Shown here: positions 1 through 10,600 of the stretch, one piece after another | How the letters are laid out: every line of letters starts with the position of its first letter | Position numbering within the stretch: the stretch's first letter is position 1 | Origin: Planctomycetota bacterium | Lineage (GTDB): Bacteria > Planctomycetota > PLA2 > JAEUHO01 | Direction: 5' to 3' | Assembly: GCA_046350655.1 (NCBI GenBank) | Contig: JAXMAB010000004.1 | Coordinates: 1,005,225-1,069,224 of the forward strand | Length of the DNA stretch: 64,000 nt | Notes under the pieces: model-generated | Seen by the model: only the letters and a program-made list of their open reading frames with translations | The model's database searches: none | What the model was told of the DNA's origin: nothing | Position numbers and translations under genes: made by a program

Positions 1-440
1 TTGGCGCCGGCGGCGTCGCCGAGGGTGCCGAGGCCGCTGCCCTGCGAGACGCGCAGACGATAGATCGCGTCCTTGATCTGGAGGATCTCGTCGCTGTTGT
101 AGTTCCACCAGAAGATCCACTGGTCGTAGGACGTCTGGGGCTTGTTGCCGCGCGGCTTGCCCGGATCGTCACCGGTCGTCTGCGGCGGGGGCGGCGCGCC
201 CGGAGGCGTGTTCGGCGTCGTCGGCGCCGGCGGCTGCCCAGGGGTGTCCGGCGGCGTCGTGGGCGGCGTGCCCGTGGGCGGCGGGGGCGGGGGCGGCGGC
301 GTCGGGTCGGTCGGCTCGCGCAGGCCCGGCGGCACGCTGCCGCCCGGCGTGCGGTACTGACCGCCGTGGGCGAACGCCGTGGGCGCCACGATCATCGCGA
401 TCGCGCTGCCCGCGACGATTCCGTAGAGAAGACGCTTCAT
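1..440 (-). CDS. secreted proline-rich protein, partial (start at 440..438; C-terminus lies beyond the window start)
   Basis: Read from reverse complement: ATG at 440..438 preceded by GAGGAG SD. N-terminus MKRLLYGIVAGSAIAMIVAPTAFA is a signal peptide, followed by a Pro/Thr-rich low-complexity region, then ...YDQWIFWWNYNSDEILQIKDAIYRL. Absent from the ORF track because it runs off the edge. Confidence 0.5.
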   Translation of the reverse strand, partial: MKRLLYGIVAGSAIAMIVAPTAFAHGGQYRTPGGSVPPGLREPTDPTPPPPPPPPTGTPPTTPPDTPGQPPAPTTPNTPPGAPPPPQTTGDDPGKPRGNKPQTSYDQWIFWWNYNSDEILQIKDAIYRLRVSQGSGLGTLGDAAGA

Positions 441-770
441 CGGATCACTCCTCGAGTCCGACCGCGGACCGACCGGACCCAGCGTCCGGACGACCGCACT
501 CGGGCGACGTCCCCATGAAAGCACGTTCGGTGCCAGCCGTCACGTCCTCGCTTTCCATCGCTACGCGGACGCGAACGTGCCTTAACCGTCTACGAGATAA
601 CGACTTACATCCAATTTCTGGGCACGCGAGGCCCGTCCGCCCCCGGTCCTCCCCGGGGCTTCCTGCTACCGGCGGGTAGCGGGCGGTTCCCAGACGATAC
701 GCCCAGCCCGTCACCGCCGCCCACCCGCAGCCCGAACCGTACCGATCGAGTCCGTGTCGCCGCCGGCCGG

Positions 771-905
771 GCCTCGCGGTCCCCGCGGTTCGGTACCGCC
801 ATTTTGGGACCGGCACCGGATGGCGGAACCAACACGGGGGCGATCCGCCAGTCATCGACCGGCATGTATTGGCGGATCGGCCGCCGGGCCTCGCGGTCCC
901 GGGAG
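771..905. repeat. composite intergenic repeat: REP-like arms CCGGGCCTCGCGGTCCC flanking two hairpin units (GGTACCGCCATTTT-GGGACCGGCAC-CGGATGGCGGAACC; CGATCCGCCAG..GACCGGCAT..TTGGCGGATCG)
   Basis: Inverted-repeat structure visible by eye. The same units recur at 7120-7325, 20895-20955 and 25570-25790. Confidence 0.5.
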
Positions 906-916
906 ATCGAGTGGGG

Positions 917-1738
917 CTACGGCGTCGGCTGGGACCACCAGGTCTGGTCGACGATGTGGCGGTCGAGGTAGGCCGCGGCGGCCGCGGGTTCGTCGGTCAG
1001 GAGCCAGAGGTCGAGGTCGCCGGGCGAGATCGCGCCCTCCTGCAGCAGCACGTCCTGCATCCACGCGACCAGCGGCCCGAAGTACGACGTGCCCAGCAGC
1101 ACGACCGGGATGCGGCGGATCTTCCGCGTCTGGATGAGCGTCAGCGTGTCGAACATCTCGTCCATCGTGCCGAAGCCGCCCGGCGCGACGACGAGGCCCG
1201 CCGCGAACTTCGTGAACATCATCTTGCGGATGAAGAAGTAGTCGAAGTCGATCGCGACGTCGCAGAAGTCGTTGATCTCCTGCTCCATCGGCAGGTGGAT
1301 GCCGAGGCCGACGGACTTGCCGCCGCCCTCCTTCGCGCCGCGGTTCGCGGCCTCCATGATCCCGGGCCCGCCGCCCGTGATGATCGCGTAGCCCATGGTC
1401 GCGAGGAGGCGCGAGGTCTCGCGCGCGAGCAGGCACCAGCGGTTGTCCTGCTTGAAGCGCGCCGAGCCCCAGACGCTGATGGCGGGGCGGACGTCGCGCA
1501 GTCCGTCGATCGCGTCGACGTACTCGCTGATGATGCGGAAGATCCGCCACATCTCCTTGCTGTCCACGCCGCGCTCGACGTGGGGGTCCTGGCCCTTGCG
1601 GCGCAGGCGGCGGCCGTCGCGCGACGGGAGCGGGAGCCCCGCGGCGTCGAGGGGGACCCCGCCCGCCGAGGGGGCCGGGCGCGGGGCGGGCGGGACGCCG
1701 GGTCCGTGGGCGTCGGGGCGGTCGGGGGCGTCGGGCAT
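917..1738 (-). CDS. LOG family / TIGR00730 Rossmann-fold nucleotide-binding protein (cytokinin riboside 5-prime-monophosphate phosphoribohydrolase-like)
   Basis: C-terminal 273 aa of track ORF 917..3433. Motifs ITGGGPGIMEAANRGA and APGGFGTMDEMFDTLTLIQT are LOG-family hallmarks. Start is ambiguous: ATG at 1738 gives a Pro-rich 60-aa extension, and the alternative ATG at 1552 gives MWRIFRII... Confidence 0.75.
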   Translation of the reverse strand: MPDAPDRPDAHGPGVPPAPRPAPSAGGVPLDAAGLPLPSRDGRRLRRKGQDPHVERGVDSKEMWRIFRIISEYVDAIDGLRDVRPAISVWGSARFKQDNRWCLLARETSRLLATMGYAIITGGGPGIMEAANRGAKEGGGKSVGLGIHLPMEQEINDFCDVAIDFDYFFIRKMMFTKFAAGLVVAPGGFGTMDEMFDTLTLIQTRKIRRIPVVLLGTSYFGPLVAWMQDVLLQEGAISPGDLDLWLLTDEPAAAAAYLDRHIVDQTWWSQPTP

Positions 1739-1794
1739 GGGGCGGCTCCTGCCGCCCCACCCTATCCGACCGCGCGGCGCCGGCCGCGCCGCGG

Positions 1795-3621
1795 TTACGC
1801 CTGGTCCTGCGCCAGCTTCTTCGCGTTGCGGTTCTCGCGGCGCCGGTCGACCTCCTTCAGCATGCGCTTGCGCATGCGGAGGTTCTTCGGCGTGACCTCG
1901 AGGAGCTCGTCGTCCACGATGAACTCGAGGCACTCCTCGATGCTCATGCGGACCGGCGGCGGGAAGTCGGCCTTCTCGTCGGCGCCGGCGGAGCGGATGT
2001 TGGTCAGGTGCTTCTTCTTGCACGGGTTGACGAGGACGTCCTCGTCGCGCCGGTGCTCGCCGGTCACCTGGCCCTCGTAGACCATCTCGCCGGGCTCGAC
2101 GAAGAACGGCCCGCGGTCCACGAGCGCGTTGAGCGCGTACGAGGTCACGGGGTTCGTCTCGCTGCAGACCTGGCTGCCGGTCATGCGCGCCGGGAGCTCG
2201 CCGCGGTGCGGCGACCAGCCCTTCACCATGCTCGACATCACCGCGGCGCCGCGGGTGGCGTTCATGAGCTTCGTGCGGAGGCCGATGAGGCCGCGCGACG
2301 GGGCCTCGAACTCGAGGAACGCGGTGTCGCCGTGCGTCTGCATGTGCTGCAGCTCGCCGCGGCGGCGGCCCATGAGCTCGATCACCTTGCCGGCGTCCTC
2401 GGGCGGGACCTCGATCGTCACCTGCTCGATGGGCTCCTCGATGCAGTCGGGGCCCTCGCGGAACAGGACGCGCGGGCGGCCGACGGCGAACTCGTAGCCC
2501 TCGCGGCGCATCGTCTCGATGAGGATGCCGAGGTGCAGCACGCCGCGGCCGCGGACCTCCATCGAGTCCGTGCGGTCCGTGGGGAGCACCTGCAGCGCCA
2601 CGTCGGCCTTGGCCGCGCGGTCGAGCCGCTCCTTCACGTGGCGCGTCGTGACGTAGGTGCCGTCCTGGCCGGCGAACGGCGAGTCGTTGACGCGGAACTC
2701 CATCGCCAGCGTCGGCGGCTCGACCTTCATGACCTGCGGCTGCACGGGGCGCACCGGGTCGGCGATCGTGTCGCCGATCTCGACGCCCTCCATGCCCGCG
2801 ATCGCGACGACGTCGCCCGCCTCGAGGACCTTCGCCGGGATCTTCTTCATCCCGTCGAACGTGTACAGGCGGCCGGCCGTGAGCGGGCTCGACGTGAGGT
2901 CGGGGTGCAGCAGGAGGATGCGGTCGTTCTCCTTGATCGACCCGCCCTCGAGGCGGCCCACCGCGATGCGGCCCACGAACGCGTCCTGCTCGACGTGCAC
3001 GACGGGCAGGTTGATCGCGTCCTCGAGCTTCGCCTTCGGCGGCGGGATGCGCTCGAGGATCGTGTCGAGGATCGGCGCCAGCGTAGGCCCGCCCTCGGGG
3101 GTGAGGCCCGCACGGCCCTGGCGGCCCGACGCGTAGATCACCGGGAACTCGAGCTGGTGGTCGTGGGCGCCGAGCTCGATGAAGAGCCCGTACACCTGGT
3201 CGAGCACCTCCTGCGGGCGCGCGCCGTTGCGGTCGATCTTGTTGATGATCACGATCGGCTCGAGGCCGCGGTCGAACGCCTTGCGGAGCACGAACCGGGT
3301 CTGGGGCAGCGGCCCCTCGAACGCGTCGACGAGCAGGCACACGCCGTCGGCCATGCGCAGCACGCGCTCGACCTGCCCGCCGAAGTCGGCGTGACCGGGG
3401 GTGTCGATGACGTTGATCTTCGTCCCGCGCCACGTGAGCGAGCAGTTCTTCGAGAAGATCGTGATGCCGCGCTCGCGCTCGAGGTCGTTGCTGTCCATCA
3501 ACAGCGGGGCGTCGGGCGTCAGGGTCTTCACCATGCCGGCGAAGGCGAGGAGGCCGTCGACGAGCGTGGTCTTGCCATGGTCGACGTGGGCCACGATGGC
3601 GACGTTGCGGAGAGCGGGCAT
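1795..3621 (-). CDS. typA: translational GTPase TypA/BipA
   Basis: 608 aa. G-domain AHVDHGKTTLVD, DTPGHADF, NKID, then EF-G-like domains. In frame with track ORF 1795..4986, starting at MPALRNVAIVAHVDHGKTT. Confidence 0.9.
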   Translation of the reverse strand: MPALRNVAIVAHVDHGKTTLVDGLLAFAGMVKTLTPDAPLLMDSNDLERERGITIFSKNCSLTWRGTKINVIDTPGHADFGGQVERVLRMADGVCLLVDAFEGPLPQTRFVLRKAFDRGLEPIVIINKIDRNGARPQEVLDQVYGLFIELGAHDHQLEFPVIYASGRQGRAGLTPEGGPTLAPILDTILERIPPPKAKLEDAINLPVVHVEQDAFVGRIAVGRLEGGSIKENDRILLLHPDLTSSPLTAGRLYTFDGMKKIPAKVLEAGDVVAIAGMEGVEIGDTIADPVRPVQPQVMKVEPPTLAMEFRVNDSPFAGQDGTYVTTRHVKERLDRAAKADVALQVLPTDRTDSMEVRGRGVLHLGILIETMRREGYEFAVGRPRVLFREGPDCIEEPIEQVTIEVPPEDAGKVIELMGRRRGELQHMQTHGDTAFLEFEAPSRGLIGLRTKLMNATRGAAVMSSMVKGWSPHRGELPARMTGSQVCSETNPVTSYALNALVDRGPFFVEPGEMVYEGQVTGEHRRDEDVLVNPCKKKHLTNIRSAGADEKADFPPPVRMSIEECLEFIVDDELLEVTPKNLRMRKRMLKEVDRRRENRNAKKLAQDQA

Positions 3622-3720
3622 GGGGATTCCGGTCGGGAACGGGGGGTGAATCCCGGAGGGTACCAGCCTCGGACGGGACCGGCGCGGTCGGCGCACCCGG
3701 GGGGCGTAGACTCTCGGGTC

Positions 3721-5145
3721 ATGACCGAGACCCGCGCCAAGATCGTCGCCACCCTGGGCCCCGCCTCGTTCGCGCCCGCCGCCCTCGCGGCGCTCGCGAG
3801 GGCCGGGGCCGACGTCTTCCGGCTGAACGGCGCGCACACCCCGCCGGAGCGCGTCGCGGGCCTCGTCCGGCGCATCCGGGCGACGGCGCGCCGCGTCGGA
3901 CGTGACCTCGGGATCCTCCTCGACCTCCCGGGGGTCAAGGTGCGCTGTGGGGCCCTCCCCGGCGGCGCCCTGACGGTCAAACAGGGGGAGCGGCTCGACC
4001 TCGGGCCCGCGCGGGGGCCGATGCCGGGGCACGTGCCCGTCCCGCGGAGCGTCTTCGACGCCCTCGAGCCGGGGGCCGAGGTGCTGCTCTCCGACGGCAC
4101 GGTCGTGCTGCGCGTCCTCGAGGTCGGCGCGCGCACGGCCCGCGCCCGCGTCGAGGCCGGCGGCACGATCCGCGACCGCGTCGGCGTCCACGTGCGCGGC
4201 GCGCTCCACCCGGGCGCCGTCCTCACGCCGCTCGACGTCGTCCTCGCGAAGGCCGGGGCCGTCGCGGGCGTGGACGCCCTCGCCATCTCCTTCGTGCGCG
4301 GGCCGCAGGACGTGCGCCGGCTGCGCCGCCTGCTCGTGGAAGCGCGGGTCCGGATGCCGCTGCTCGTGGGCAAGCTCGAGCGCCGCGAGGCGGTGCAGAA
4401 CCTCGACGCGACGCTCGACGCCTGCGACGGCGTCATGGTCGCGCGCGGCGACCTCGGCCTCGAGTACGGCCCCGAGGAGGTGCCGGGGCTGCAGAAGCGG
4501 ATCCTCGAGGCGGCGAGCCGCCACGGCCGCTTCGCGATCACCGCCACGCAGATGCTCGAGTCGATGACGACGGCCGCCCGGCCCACGCGCGCGGAGGCCT
4601 CCGACGTCGCGAACGCGGTCTTCGACGGCACCGACGCGGTGATGCTCTCCGGCGAGACCGCCGTCGGCGCGCACCCCGCGCTGGTCGTCGAGACGATGAA
4701 CCGCATCCTCGCGGCCGCCGAGGCCGACCCGCACTGCCCGTTCGCGGGCGACCCGCGCATCCCCGGCCCCGACGCCGACGCGCGCCGCCCCGACCGGCTC
4801 GTCGTCCGCGCCGCGGTGCGGCTCGCCATGGACGCACGCGCCGCGGCCGTGGTGGTGTTCACGCGCGGCGGCCAGTCGGCGCGCCGGCTCGCGAAGGAGC
4901 GCCCGCGGGCCCCGATCTTCGCGTACGCGCGCGAGCCCGAGGTCGGCCGCGGGCTCCTCCTGTCGTGGGGCGTCCGTCCGCGTCACCTGCCCGCGCGCGG
5001 CTCGACCGACGCCGTGCTGCGCAGCGTCATGTCGAGCCTGAAGCGCGAACAGCGCCTGCGGCGGGGCGACCGCGTGGTGCTCGTGATGGGCGGCGCCGAG
5101 GACCCGGCCGGGACCACGTCGCTCGTGAAGCTCGTCTCGCTCTGA
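3721..5145 (+). CDS. pyk: pyruvate kinase
   Basis: 474 aa from ATG 3721 within track ORF 2008..5145: MTETRAKIVATLGPAS..., MVARGDLGLE, and a C-terminal allosteric domain. Confidence 0.9.
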   Translation: MTETRAKIVATLGPASFAPAALAALARAGADVFRLNGAHTPPERVAGLVRRIRATARRVGRDLGILLDLPGVKVRCGALPGGALTVKQGERLDLGPARGPMPGHVPVPRSVFDALEPGAEVLLSDGTVVLRVLEVGARTARARVEAGGTIRDRVGVHVRGALHPGAVLTPLDVVLAKAGAVAGVDALAISFVRGPQDVRRLRRLLVEARVRMPLLVGKLERREAVQNLDATLDACDGVMVARGDLGLEYGPEEVPGLQKRILEAASRHGRFAITATQMLESMTTAARPTRAEASDVANAVFDGTDAVMLSGETAVGAHPALVVETMNRILAAAEADPHCPFAGDPRIPGPDADARRPDRLVVRAAVRLAMDARAAAVVVFTRGGQSARRLAKERPRAPIFAYAREPEVGRGLLLSWGVRPRHLPARGSTDAVLRSVMSSLKREQRLRRGDRVVLVMGGAEDPAGTTSLVKLVSL

Positions 5146-5175
5146 CGCGCGTCCGCGAGGACGCGGTCGGTGCCC

Positions 5176-5215
5176 GGGACCGCGAGGCCCGGCGGCCGGC
5201 GGGCCTCGCGGTCCC
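5176..5215. repeat. REP-like palindromic element (GGGACCGCGAGGCCC ggcggccggc GGGCCTCGCGGTCCC) in the convergent 3-prime region after pyk
   Basis: Perfect 15-bp inverted arms around a 10-nt loop. Member of a family seen at least 12 times in the window. Confidence 0.6.
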
Positions 5216-5248
5216 GAGCCCTCGACCGCGCGGCGACGGACCGCGCGC

Positions 5249-5461
5249 CTACAACGCGCCGGTCAGCCAGAGCCCGGCGGCCATCAGCGCCGCGCCGAGG
5301 ATCGCGGCCGTGGCGCCCTTCTGGACGCTCTTGTCGGCCAGCGCGATCACCCCGACCAGCAGGACCGCCATGCCCGTGAGCCCGAGGACGACGCCCATGA
5401 CGGTCTTGAGCGTGTCGCCGATCGAGGCCAGGACGAGGAGCGTGCTCAGGACGGCGGTCAT
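5249..5461 (-). CDS. small hydrophobic membrane protein (70 aa, two predicted TM helices)
   Basis: MTAVLSTLLVLASIGDTLKTVMGVVLGLTGMAVLLVGVIALADKSVQKGATAAILGAALMAAGLWLTGAL. Its ATG overlaps the stop of the upstream AI-2E gene (ATGA), so the two are translationally coupled. Strong GC3 bias. Confidence 0.5.
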   Translation of the reverse strand: MTAVLSTLLVLASIGDTLKTVMGVVLGLTGMAVLLVGVIALADKSVQKGATAAILGAALMAAGLWLTGAL

Positions 5462-6957
5462 GTCGATCCTCCCGGGGCGGCGGTCCCCGCGCGCCCCTTC
5501 CACTTGGCCAGCAGCTTCCGCATCCACGCGCCGTGGCCCGCGTGGGCCGACGGCGGCTCCTTCAGCACCTGCTCGCGGAACCACCGGAACGTCGAGAGGA
5601 CGAGGCTCGCGGTGGGCACGGCGAGCAGCGCGCCCCAGATCCCGAAGGCGTGCTCGCCGGCGAGCAGCGCGAAGATGATGAGCACCGGGTGCATCTCGGC
5701 GCTCGTGCCCATGATGAGCGGGTTGAACAGGTTGGCCTCGAGCAGGTGGATCAGCGAGATCCAGCCGAGCGCGAGGACGGCGTCCTTGAGGCCGCCGGTG
5801 GCGAGCGCCACGAGGACGATCGGGATGCTTGAGGCGATCGTGCCGAAGACGGGGATCAGGCTGAACACGCCCGCGACGAAGCCGAGGAGCGTCGCGTAGG
5901 GGACGCCGAGGAACAGCAGGCCCAGCCACGTGAGGATGCCGTTCACGACGCAGATGACGAGCTGGCCGCGGATCACGCCCGACAGCCCGCGGTCGACGTA
6001 GCCCATCAGCGAGCGGTAGCCGGGGCGCAGGTGGGGGGGCGGCAACGACTCGAAGAACGCGGCGATGCCCTTGCGGTCGGTCACGATGAACGCGGTGAGC
6101 ATCAGGACGAGCAGCAGCTCGTACAGCGAGCCCACGATCGTCACGGGGATCCTCTGGCTCCACGCGACGATCCGGCTGCCGAGGTTGGGCCCGTACTCGT
6201 CGCTGCGCTCCTTCACGAAGTCGCGGACGAGGCCCGGGTCGAAGTGCGAGCCGCTGATGCGCTCGATCTGGCGGGCGACGGGGGCGATGACCCACTTCTC
6301 CGACGTCAGCTCGAGGCCCTTCGCCTCGCGGTCGCCCACGGCCTCGACGGTGACGTCGGGGGTGAGGCGCAGCGGCTTCGGGTCGACGATCCGCAGCGGC
6401 TCGTCGGGCGCGGGGTACGTCGTCGCGGCCGGACCGGACGCGTCGAGGAGGACGCGGGCGTCGGGCAGGTCCTCGCCGATCTGCTCGGGGAACATCGTGC
6501 GGAAGCGCCGGCCGTCGGCCGTCTCGAGCTCGAGGCCCTCCGGGATCCAGATCCGCGCGTGCTGCTTCGGGTGGATCCGCAGGCGCGCGGCCGGCGCCGA
6601 CTTGTCGAGCTCGGCCTTCAGCTGCTGCGCGGCGCCCTTGGCGGTGTCGGACAGCTTCTGCACGCCGCACGAGACGCCCATCACGCACAGGCCGATCACG
6701 ACGACGTAGAGCGAGACGAGCACCGGGCCGCGGCCCCACTTGAGCCCGAACAGCTTGCCGCGCGTGGCCCAGTTGATCACCGGCTCGACGAGGTACGCGA
6801 CGTAGACCGCCATCAGGAACGGGAACAGCACCGACCGGAAGACGATCAGCAGCGTCACGAACGCGAGGACGAACGCGAGCATCGTGCGCGCGTACGCACG
6901 CGGCCACCGCCCCGGGGACGGGTCCGACGCGGGCGCGGTGGGGGCCGACGACGACAT
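5458..6957 (-). CDS. AI-2E family transporter (PerM/UPF0118-like permease)
   Basis: About 499 aa starting MSSSAPTAPAS (M113 of track ORF 5458..7293). Multiple TM helices and a conserved GQLVICVVNGILTWLGLLFLGVPYATLLGFVAGVFSLIPVFG block. The alternative start MLAFVLAF lies 25 codons downstream. Confidence 0.75.
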   Translation of the reverse strand: MSSSAPTAPASDPSPGRWPRAYARTMLAFVLAFVTLLIVFRSVLFPFLMAVYVAYLVEPVINWATRGKLFGLKWGRGPVLVSLYVVVIGLCVMGVSCGVQKLSDTAKGAAQQLKAELDKSAPAARLRIHPKQHARIWIPEGLELETADGRRFRTMFPEQIGEDLPDARVLLDASGPAATTYPAPDEPLRIVDPKPLRLTPDVTVEAVGDREAKGLELTSEKWVIAPVARQIERISGSHFDPGLVRDFVKERSDEYGPNLGSRIVAWSQRIPVTIVGSLYELLLVLMLTAFIVTDRKGIAAFFESLPPPHLRPGYRSLMGYVDRGLSGVIRGQLVICVVNGILTWLGLLFLGVPYATLLGFVAGVFSLIPVFGTIASSIPIVLVALATGGLKDAVLALGWISLIHLLEANLFNPLIMGTSAEMHPVLIIFALLAGEHAFGIWGALLAVPTASLVLSTFRWFREQVLKEPPSAHAGHGAWMRKLLAKWKGRAGTAAPGGST

Positions 6958-7014
6958 GCGGTCTACGCTACCCGGGGTCGCCCCCGGCGGCGAGGGGACC
7001 GGACGGCGCCGGCA

Positions 7015-7400
7015 CGCGCGAGGCCCCGGGCGGCGGTCAGGGGTTCGGGGACGCGAGGCCCGGTGGCCCGCGCGTCCCGGGGCCACGTCCGCGACCGGGC
7101 CTCGCGGTCCCGGACATCGTCCGGTTCCGCCCAACGGGGACCGGCACCCAATGGCGGAACCGGCGCGGGCGGCGATCCGCCAATAAACGACCGGCACGTA
7201 TTGGCGGGGACCGGCACCGAATGGCGGAACCAGCACGGGGGGTGTCCATCGACGGACGACCGGCGTCGATGGGCACGGGGGGCGATCCGCCAATCAACGA
7301 CCGGCACGTAGTGGCGGATGCGGTCGGCGGCGGTCGTCGAGAGGGGCGCCGGCCAGCGGGCCTCGCGTACCGGAGGCTCGGGGATCGCGCCCAGAGCGAA
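7015..7400. repeat. cluster of REP-like palindromes and GACCGGCAC-loop hairpin units between the AI-2E gene and the 3-prime end of the giant gene
   Basis: CGCGAGGCCCGG / CCGGGCCTCGCGGTCCC arms at 7061-7106. Units GGTTCCGCCCAACGGGGACCGGCACCCAATGGCGGAACC, GGCGATCCGCCAATAAACGACCGGCACGTATTGGCGG, GGGACCGGCACCGAATGGCGGAACC and GGCGATCCGCCAATCAACGACCGGCACGTAGTGGCGGATGCGG. Confidence 0.5.
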
Positions 7401-7684
7401 CGCCGGCGGCGGGGCCCGGCTCGGGCGAGTGGTGGCCAGGCCGCCTGCGGCCCGGCCTCCCTGCGACGTGCGCCTGCCGAGACTTCTCGCGCGCTACGTC
7501 GGGTCGATGTTGGTGCCGGCCGCCGTGAGATCGAGCAGCGTCCCGAGATCGACCAGCGTCGGGGGCTCGTAGGGCGCGGTGGCGGGGCGGGAATCGACGT
7601 GGGCCATGGCGAGGGAATGAAACACCAAAGGGGTCCGAGGGTCAACCGGGGAATCAGGCTCGGCCGGGGGCGGGGCCCCCGGGG

Positions 7685-10600
7685 TCAGCGGCGGTCGCCG
7701 CCCTTGGGGCGGTCCTTGCCCGCTTCGGGCGCGCGGGGGGTGGCGGAGCGGTCGTTCTTGTCGTTGCGGTCGTCCTTCTTGTCGTTGCCCCGCTCCTTGC
7801 CCTTGTCCTTGCCGTCGCCGCCGTCCTTGCCGCCGCGATCGCCGGGGACCGGGCAGACGTCCGGCTTCGGGGGCGGCGGGCAGGTGGGGACGGCGTCCGG
7901 GCAGGCCGCGGGGCCGTTCGTGCCGCGGTTGAAGGCCTTGAGGGTGCGGTGGAGGAGGACGGCGCGCTCCTCGGCGAGGCCGCAGAAGCCGCGGCAGCCC
8001 TGGACGAGCAGGCAGCCCGCCTCGTCGATCGCGTCGGCGACCTTCCGGGACGGGGTGTTGCCCGCGGCGACGTTGAGCTGTGCGGCGATGTAGGCCTGGG
8101 CGAGGGCGACCCACGCGTCGTCCTTGGCGGAGGCGTCGAGGATGGAGCGCCAGGTGCGGCCGCAGAGGCGGCGCGACTCGGCGCCGTCGAGCGGCCACGG
8201 GACGCGCGTGGCGGCGCAGGCGCCGTCGCGGTGGACGGCGCGCCACCAGCCGACGTCGCGGACGCAGGTGGTCGGGGGCGGCGGCGGCTCCCAGCACGCG
8301 AACGGGACGACCGAGGCGACGGCGAAGTCGGGGACGTCGTCGCACCAGAGCGGGGTCCAGTTGCGGGGGAACGTGGCGCCGGGCACGAGGGACGCGCGGG
8401 TGAACGTGTCGGCGGCGGCCTCGCCGACGCCGTTGACGACGACCTCGAGGCGGAACGGGCCGTCGAAGAAGCCGCCGTCGATCGTGCCCGGGTCGGCGGT
8501 CACGCAGACGCGGACCTTGGCGTAGCCGTCGACGACCGTGAGGCCTTCGACGCGGAGGACGCCGTTGGCGCCGACGGCGGTGCCGGGGAACGCGCCGGTG
8601 TAGCCGAGGCAGACGAGGTCGCGGATGTCGCCGGCGCGCGTGCCGCGGTCGACGCGGACGTACACGTCGAAGTCGCGGGTGTGCGGGTCGGCGAGCCAGA
8701 CGCTGGCTTCGAAGCAGGCTTCGTGGACGCGCGGGTCGGTGCCCGGGTCGCACGTCGGCGGCGCGGCGCGGTAGCCGAAGTCCTTCGTGAGGTCGGTGGA
8801 GCCGCCGGTGACGGCCGCCGGGACCGTCGCGGTCGCCGGGAACGTGCGGGTGAGGCCGGTGGGCAGCGTGCTCTCGACGACGCGGAGCCGGTAGGCGCCG
8901 TCGAGGAGGCCGGGGAAGAGGTAGGAGCCGCCGGGGCCGGTCAGCTGCGAGCCGACGACGCGCCCGGCGGCGTCGAGCAGCTCGACGGTGACGCCGGCGA
9001 GGCCCGGCTCGCCGGTGGGGTCCTGGAGGCCGTCGCCGTCGGCGTCGAGCCACACGCGGCCGCCGAGCGCGACGCGCGGGGCGCCGAAGCCGAAGTCCTT
9101 CGTGCGGTCCGTGGAGGCGTTCGTGACGGTCGCGGACTGCTGCAGGCCGCCCGTGGTGGACACGAGGCCCGGCGGCAGCGACGCCGCGACGACGCGGACG
9201 GTGTAGGCCCCGTTCGCGAGGCCGTCGAAGAGGTAGGCGCCGTCGGGGCCGGTGACCTTCGACGCGACGGGCTGGCCCGCGGCGTTCAGCAGTTCGAGCG
9301 TCACGCCCGGCAGCCCGGGCTCGCCGGGATCCTGGAGGCCGTCGCCGTCCGTGTCGGCCCAGACACGGTCGCCGATCGCGCCCGTGGGCGGGGGCGGCGG
9401 CGGGGGCGTCGAGGTGTGGAAGCCGAACTCGAGGCCGGTGACGTCGTTGCCGTTCGTGATCGTCGCGGGGCGGGAGGTGGGCGTGGTGGCGTTGTAGTCC
9501 GCGGGGACCGAGCCCGGCTGGACGCGCACCGTGTACGAGCCGTCGGGCAGGTGATCGAAGGTGTACGTGCCGTCGGGGCCGGTGGTGGTGGTCGCGACGA
9601 CATTGCCGTTGCGGTCGACGAGCTCGACCACCGCGCCCGGGATGCCGGGCTCGCCCGCGTCGGTCGTGCCGTCGCCGTCGGTGTCGTTGAACACGCGGCC
9701 GGTGATCGTGCCCGAGGGCTGGTAGCCGAAGTCCTTCGAGAGATCGGTCGAGGCGTTGAGCACCGTCGCGGCCTGCTGCGTGCCTCCGAACGTGTTCGTG
9801 AGGCCCGTGGGCAGCGTCGCCGGCACGACGCGCACCGTGTAGGTGCCGTCGGCGAGCCCGTCGAACAGGTAGCCACCCGCCGAGTTCGTGACCTCGGTCG
9901 CGATGACCTGGCCCGCCGCATTCAGCAGTTCGAGCGTCACGCGGGAGATGCCGTCTTCACCGGCGTCCTGGACGCCGTCGCCGTCGACGTCGAACCACAC
10001 GCGATCGCCGATCGCACCCGTGGGCGAGTCGAAGCCGAAGTTGAGGCCGGTGACGTCGCTGCCGCCCGTGATCACGGCCGGGAGCGACGTCGGCGTCGTG
10101 GCGTTGAGGCCGGCCGGAACGCTGCCGGGCTGGACCCGCACCGTGTAGGCGCCGTCGGGCAGGTGATCGAAGGTGTAGGTGCCGTCGGGGCCGGTCGTGG
10201 TGGTCGTGACGACGTTGCCGTTCGCATCGACCAGCTCGACCACCGCACCCGGGATGCCGGGCTCGCCGGCGTCGGTCGTGCCGTCGCCGTCGGTGTCGTT
10301 GAAAACGCGCCCGGTGATCGTGCCCGAGGGCTGGTAGCCGAAGTCCTTCGAGAGATCGGTCGAGGCGTTCGTGACCGTGGCGCTCTGCTGCGCGCCGCCG
10401 AACGTGTTCGTCAGGCCCGCCGGGAGCGTGGCCGGCACGACGCGCACGGTGTAGGTGCCGTCCGCGAGGCCGTCGAACAGGTAGCCGCCCGCCGAGTTCG
10501 TGACCTCGGTCGCGATGACCTGGCCCGCCGCGTTGACGAGCTCGAGCGTCACGCCGGAGATGCCGTCCTCGCCGGAGTCCTGGACGCCGTCGCCATCGAC

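Noticed and set aside
142-360. 72-aa plus-strand Gly/Val-rich ORF at the window start
   Set aside because: It is the antisense of the Pro-rich region of the partial secreted protein on the minus strand (1..440), which has a proper signal peptide and SD.
852-2080. ORFs 852..1760 (minus) and 869..2080 (plus) overlapping the LOG gene
   Set aside because: Alternative frames of the LOG-family gene, Arg/Pro-rich with no features. The LOG frame carries the GGGPGIMEAANRGA motif.
5249-6907. 552-aa minus-strand ORF overlapping the AI-2E transporter in another frame; 6031..7311 (plus) 426-aa ORF
   Set aside because: The transporter frame (5458..6957) has the conserved AI-2E hydrophobic blocks. Only the last 70 codons of the 5249..6907 ORF (the small membrane protein, 5249..5461, separately translated from its own ATG) are plausible.
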